IMG/VR virus record: IMGVR_UViG_3300044641_009805
Location: 186,001-250,000 of that record
Direction: 5' to 3' (one strand)
Length of the DNA: 64,000 nt
Under the pieces are notes generated by a model, which had not been told where the DNA came from, did not search any database, and saw only the letters and a list, made by a program, of their open reading frames with translations. The translations under genes and the position numbers were made by a program. Below, piece by piece: positions 63,631 through 64,000 of this stretch (the stretch's first letter is position 1; every line of letters starts with the position of its first letter).

Positions 63631-64000
63631 ATTATTAAGAGAGTACGTTCGACGAATTCTAACAGAAGAGATGTCAGGCGACTATTCGGCGTCCTACATG
63701 TCAGGTGGTAGTACCTTTGGTGGCACAGCCATAAAGACAGCATTCGTAGATCCCGTTACTGATATTTTCAAGATATTGAAAGGTAGAGCAAAAGAATTAT
63801 TCTCAGGAGTAAAAAGACTCGCCCGCGTGTCTCTTAGCGGAGGGTTGGGTCTCTTGACAGCTGGCGCTTGGGAACCGAATTATCAAGCCGCCAAAGACGC
63901 GTACAACAATGAAATATCGAAGATAAGAAGTGAGTATGAAGGTGCAAGATCGGCCGGTATAAAAGCTTTGTTGGCTAGCGATTTAGTCGCAATCGGTTTT
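63617..64000 (+). CDS. Hypothetical protein with helix tag (3' truncated by window)
   Basis: ATG 63617 MQENKLLREYVRRILTEE, open to the window end; ATAATTA at 63601. Confidence 0.75.
   Translation, partial: MQENKLLREYVRRILTEEMSGDYSASYMSGGSTFGGTAIKTAFVDPVTDIFKILKGRAKELFSGVKRLARVSLSGGLGLLTAGAWEPNYQAAKDAYNNEISKIRSEYEGARSAGIKALLASDLVAIGF

Noticed and set aside
1-64000. Stop-codon recoding (TAG or TGA reassigned), as in some jumbo phages
   Set aside because: Code 11 gives dense, full-length conserved genes, and all three stop codons terminate recognisable proteins at expected ends.
1-64000. tRNA genes, rRNA or CRISPR arrays
   Set aside because: I found no cloverleaf with a T-loop GTTCRA in an intergenic space and no regularly spaced direct repeats. 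A tRNAscan-SE/CRISPR finder run would be the formal check.
1-64000. Bacterial chromosome/prophage or NCLDV origin
   Set aside because: The contractile-tail module, gp32-like SSB, phage-type gene mosaic, SD sites and absence of housekeeping operons or an integrase fit a lytic jumbo myovirus. No NCLDV hallmark genes were seen.

Overview
This is a 64-kb segment of a large (jumbo-type) myovirus-like tailed phage genome read with the standard bacterial code. Genes are dense and almost all on the + strand. Positions 1-18 kb hold a contractile-tail module: sheath (partial), tube, baseplate-hub chaperones, a 1722-aa tape measure protein, and baseplate/tube-initiator, LysM-like wedge and hub proteins. 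Positions 18-32 kb hold replication and nucleotide metabolism genes: a compact family-A polymerase, HD hydrolase, gp32-like SSB, RecA, dUTPase, 5'-3' exonuclease, DnaB-like helicase, class II RNR, ThyX, Tmk, a MazG-like pyrophosphatase and Hsp20. Positions 32-64 kb are accessory: DNA MTase, phosphoesterases, HNH, Dps-like, nucleotidyltransferases, GuaB, DnaE, a probable DNA hypermodification cluster, SOD, a lysis-like trio, nitrilase, PCD and Nudix. Highlights: (1) a fractured dUTPase gene rejoined by a naturally split intein, with a free-standing endonuclease between the halves; (2) a probable glycosyl-hydroxymethylcytosine pathway with its own NDP-sugar epimerases; (3) a recurring amphipathic-helix plus [ILV]xE tag on more than a dozen unrelated proteins, resembling a capsid-targeting/protease-cleavage signal; (4) a module of three different nucleotidyltransferase folds next to a phosphoesterase; (5) a likely +1 programmed frameshift in the tail chaperone upstream of the tape measure gene; (6) two promoter classes, ATANTTA and TTGAAN-N18-TAnnnT, often positioned for leaderless mRNAs. 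I saw no tRNA, rRNA or CRISPR array. All family assignments come from motif recognition by eye; no database searches were run.
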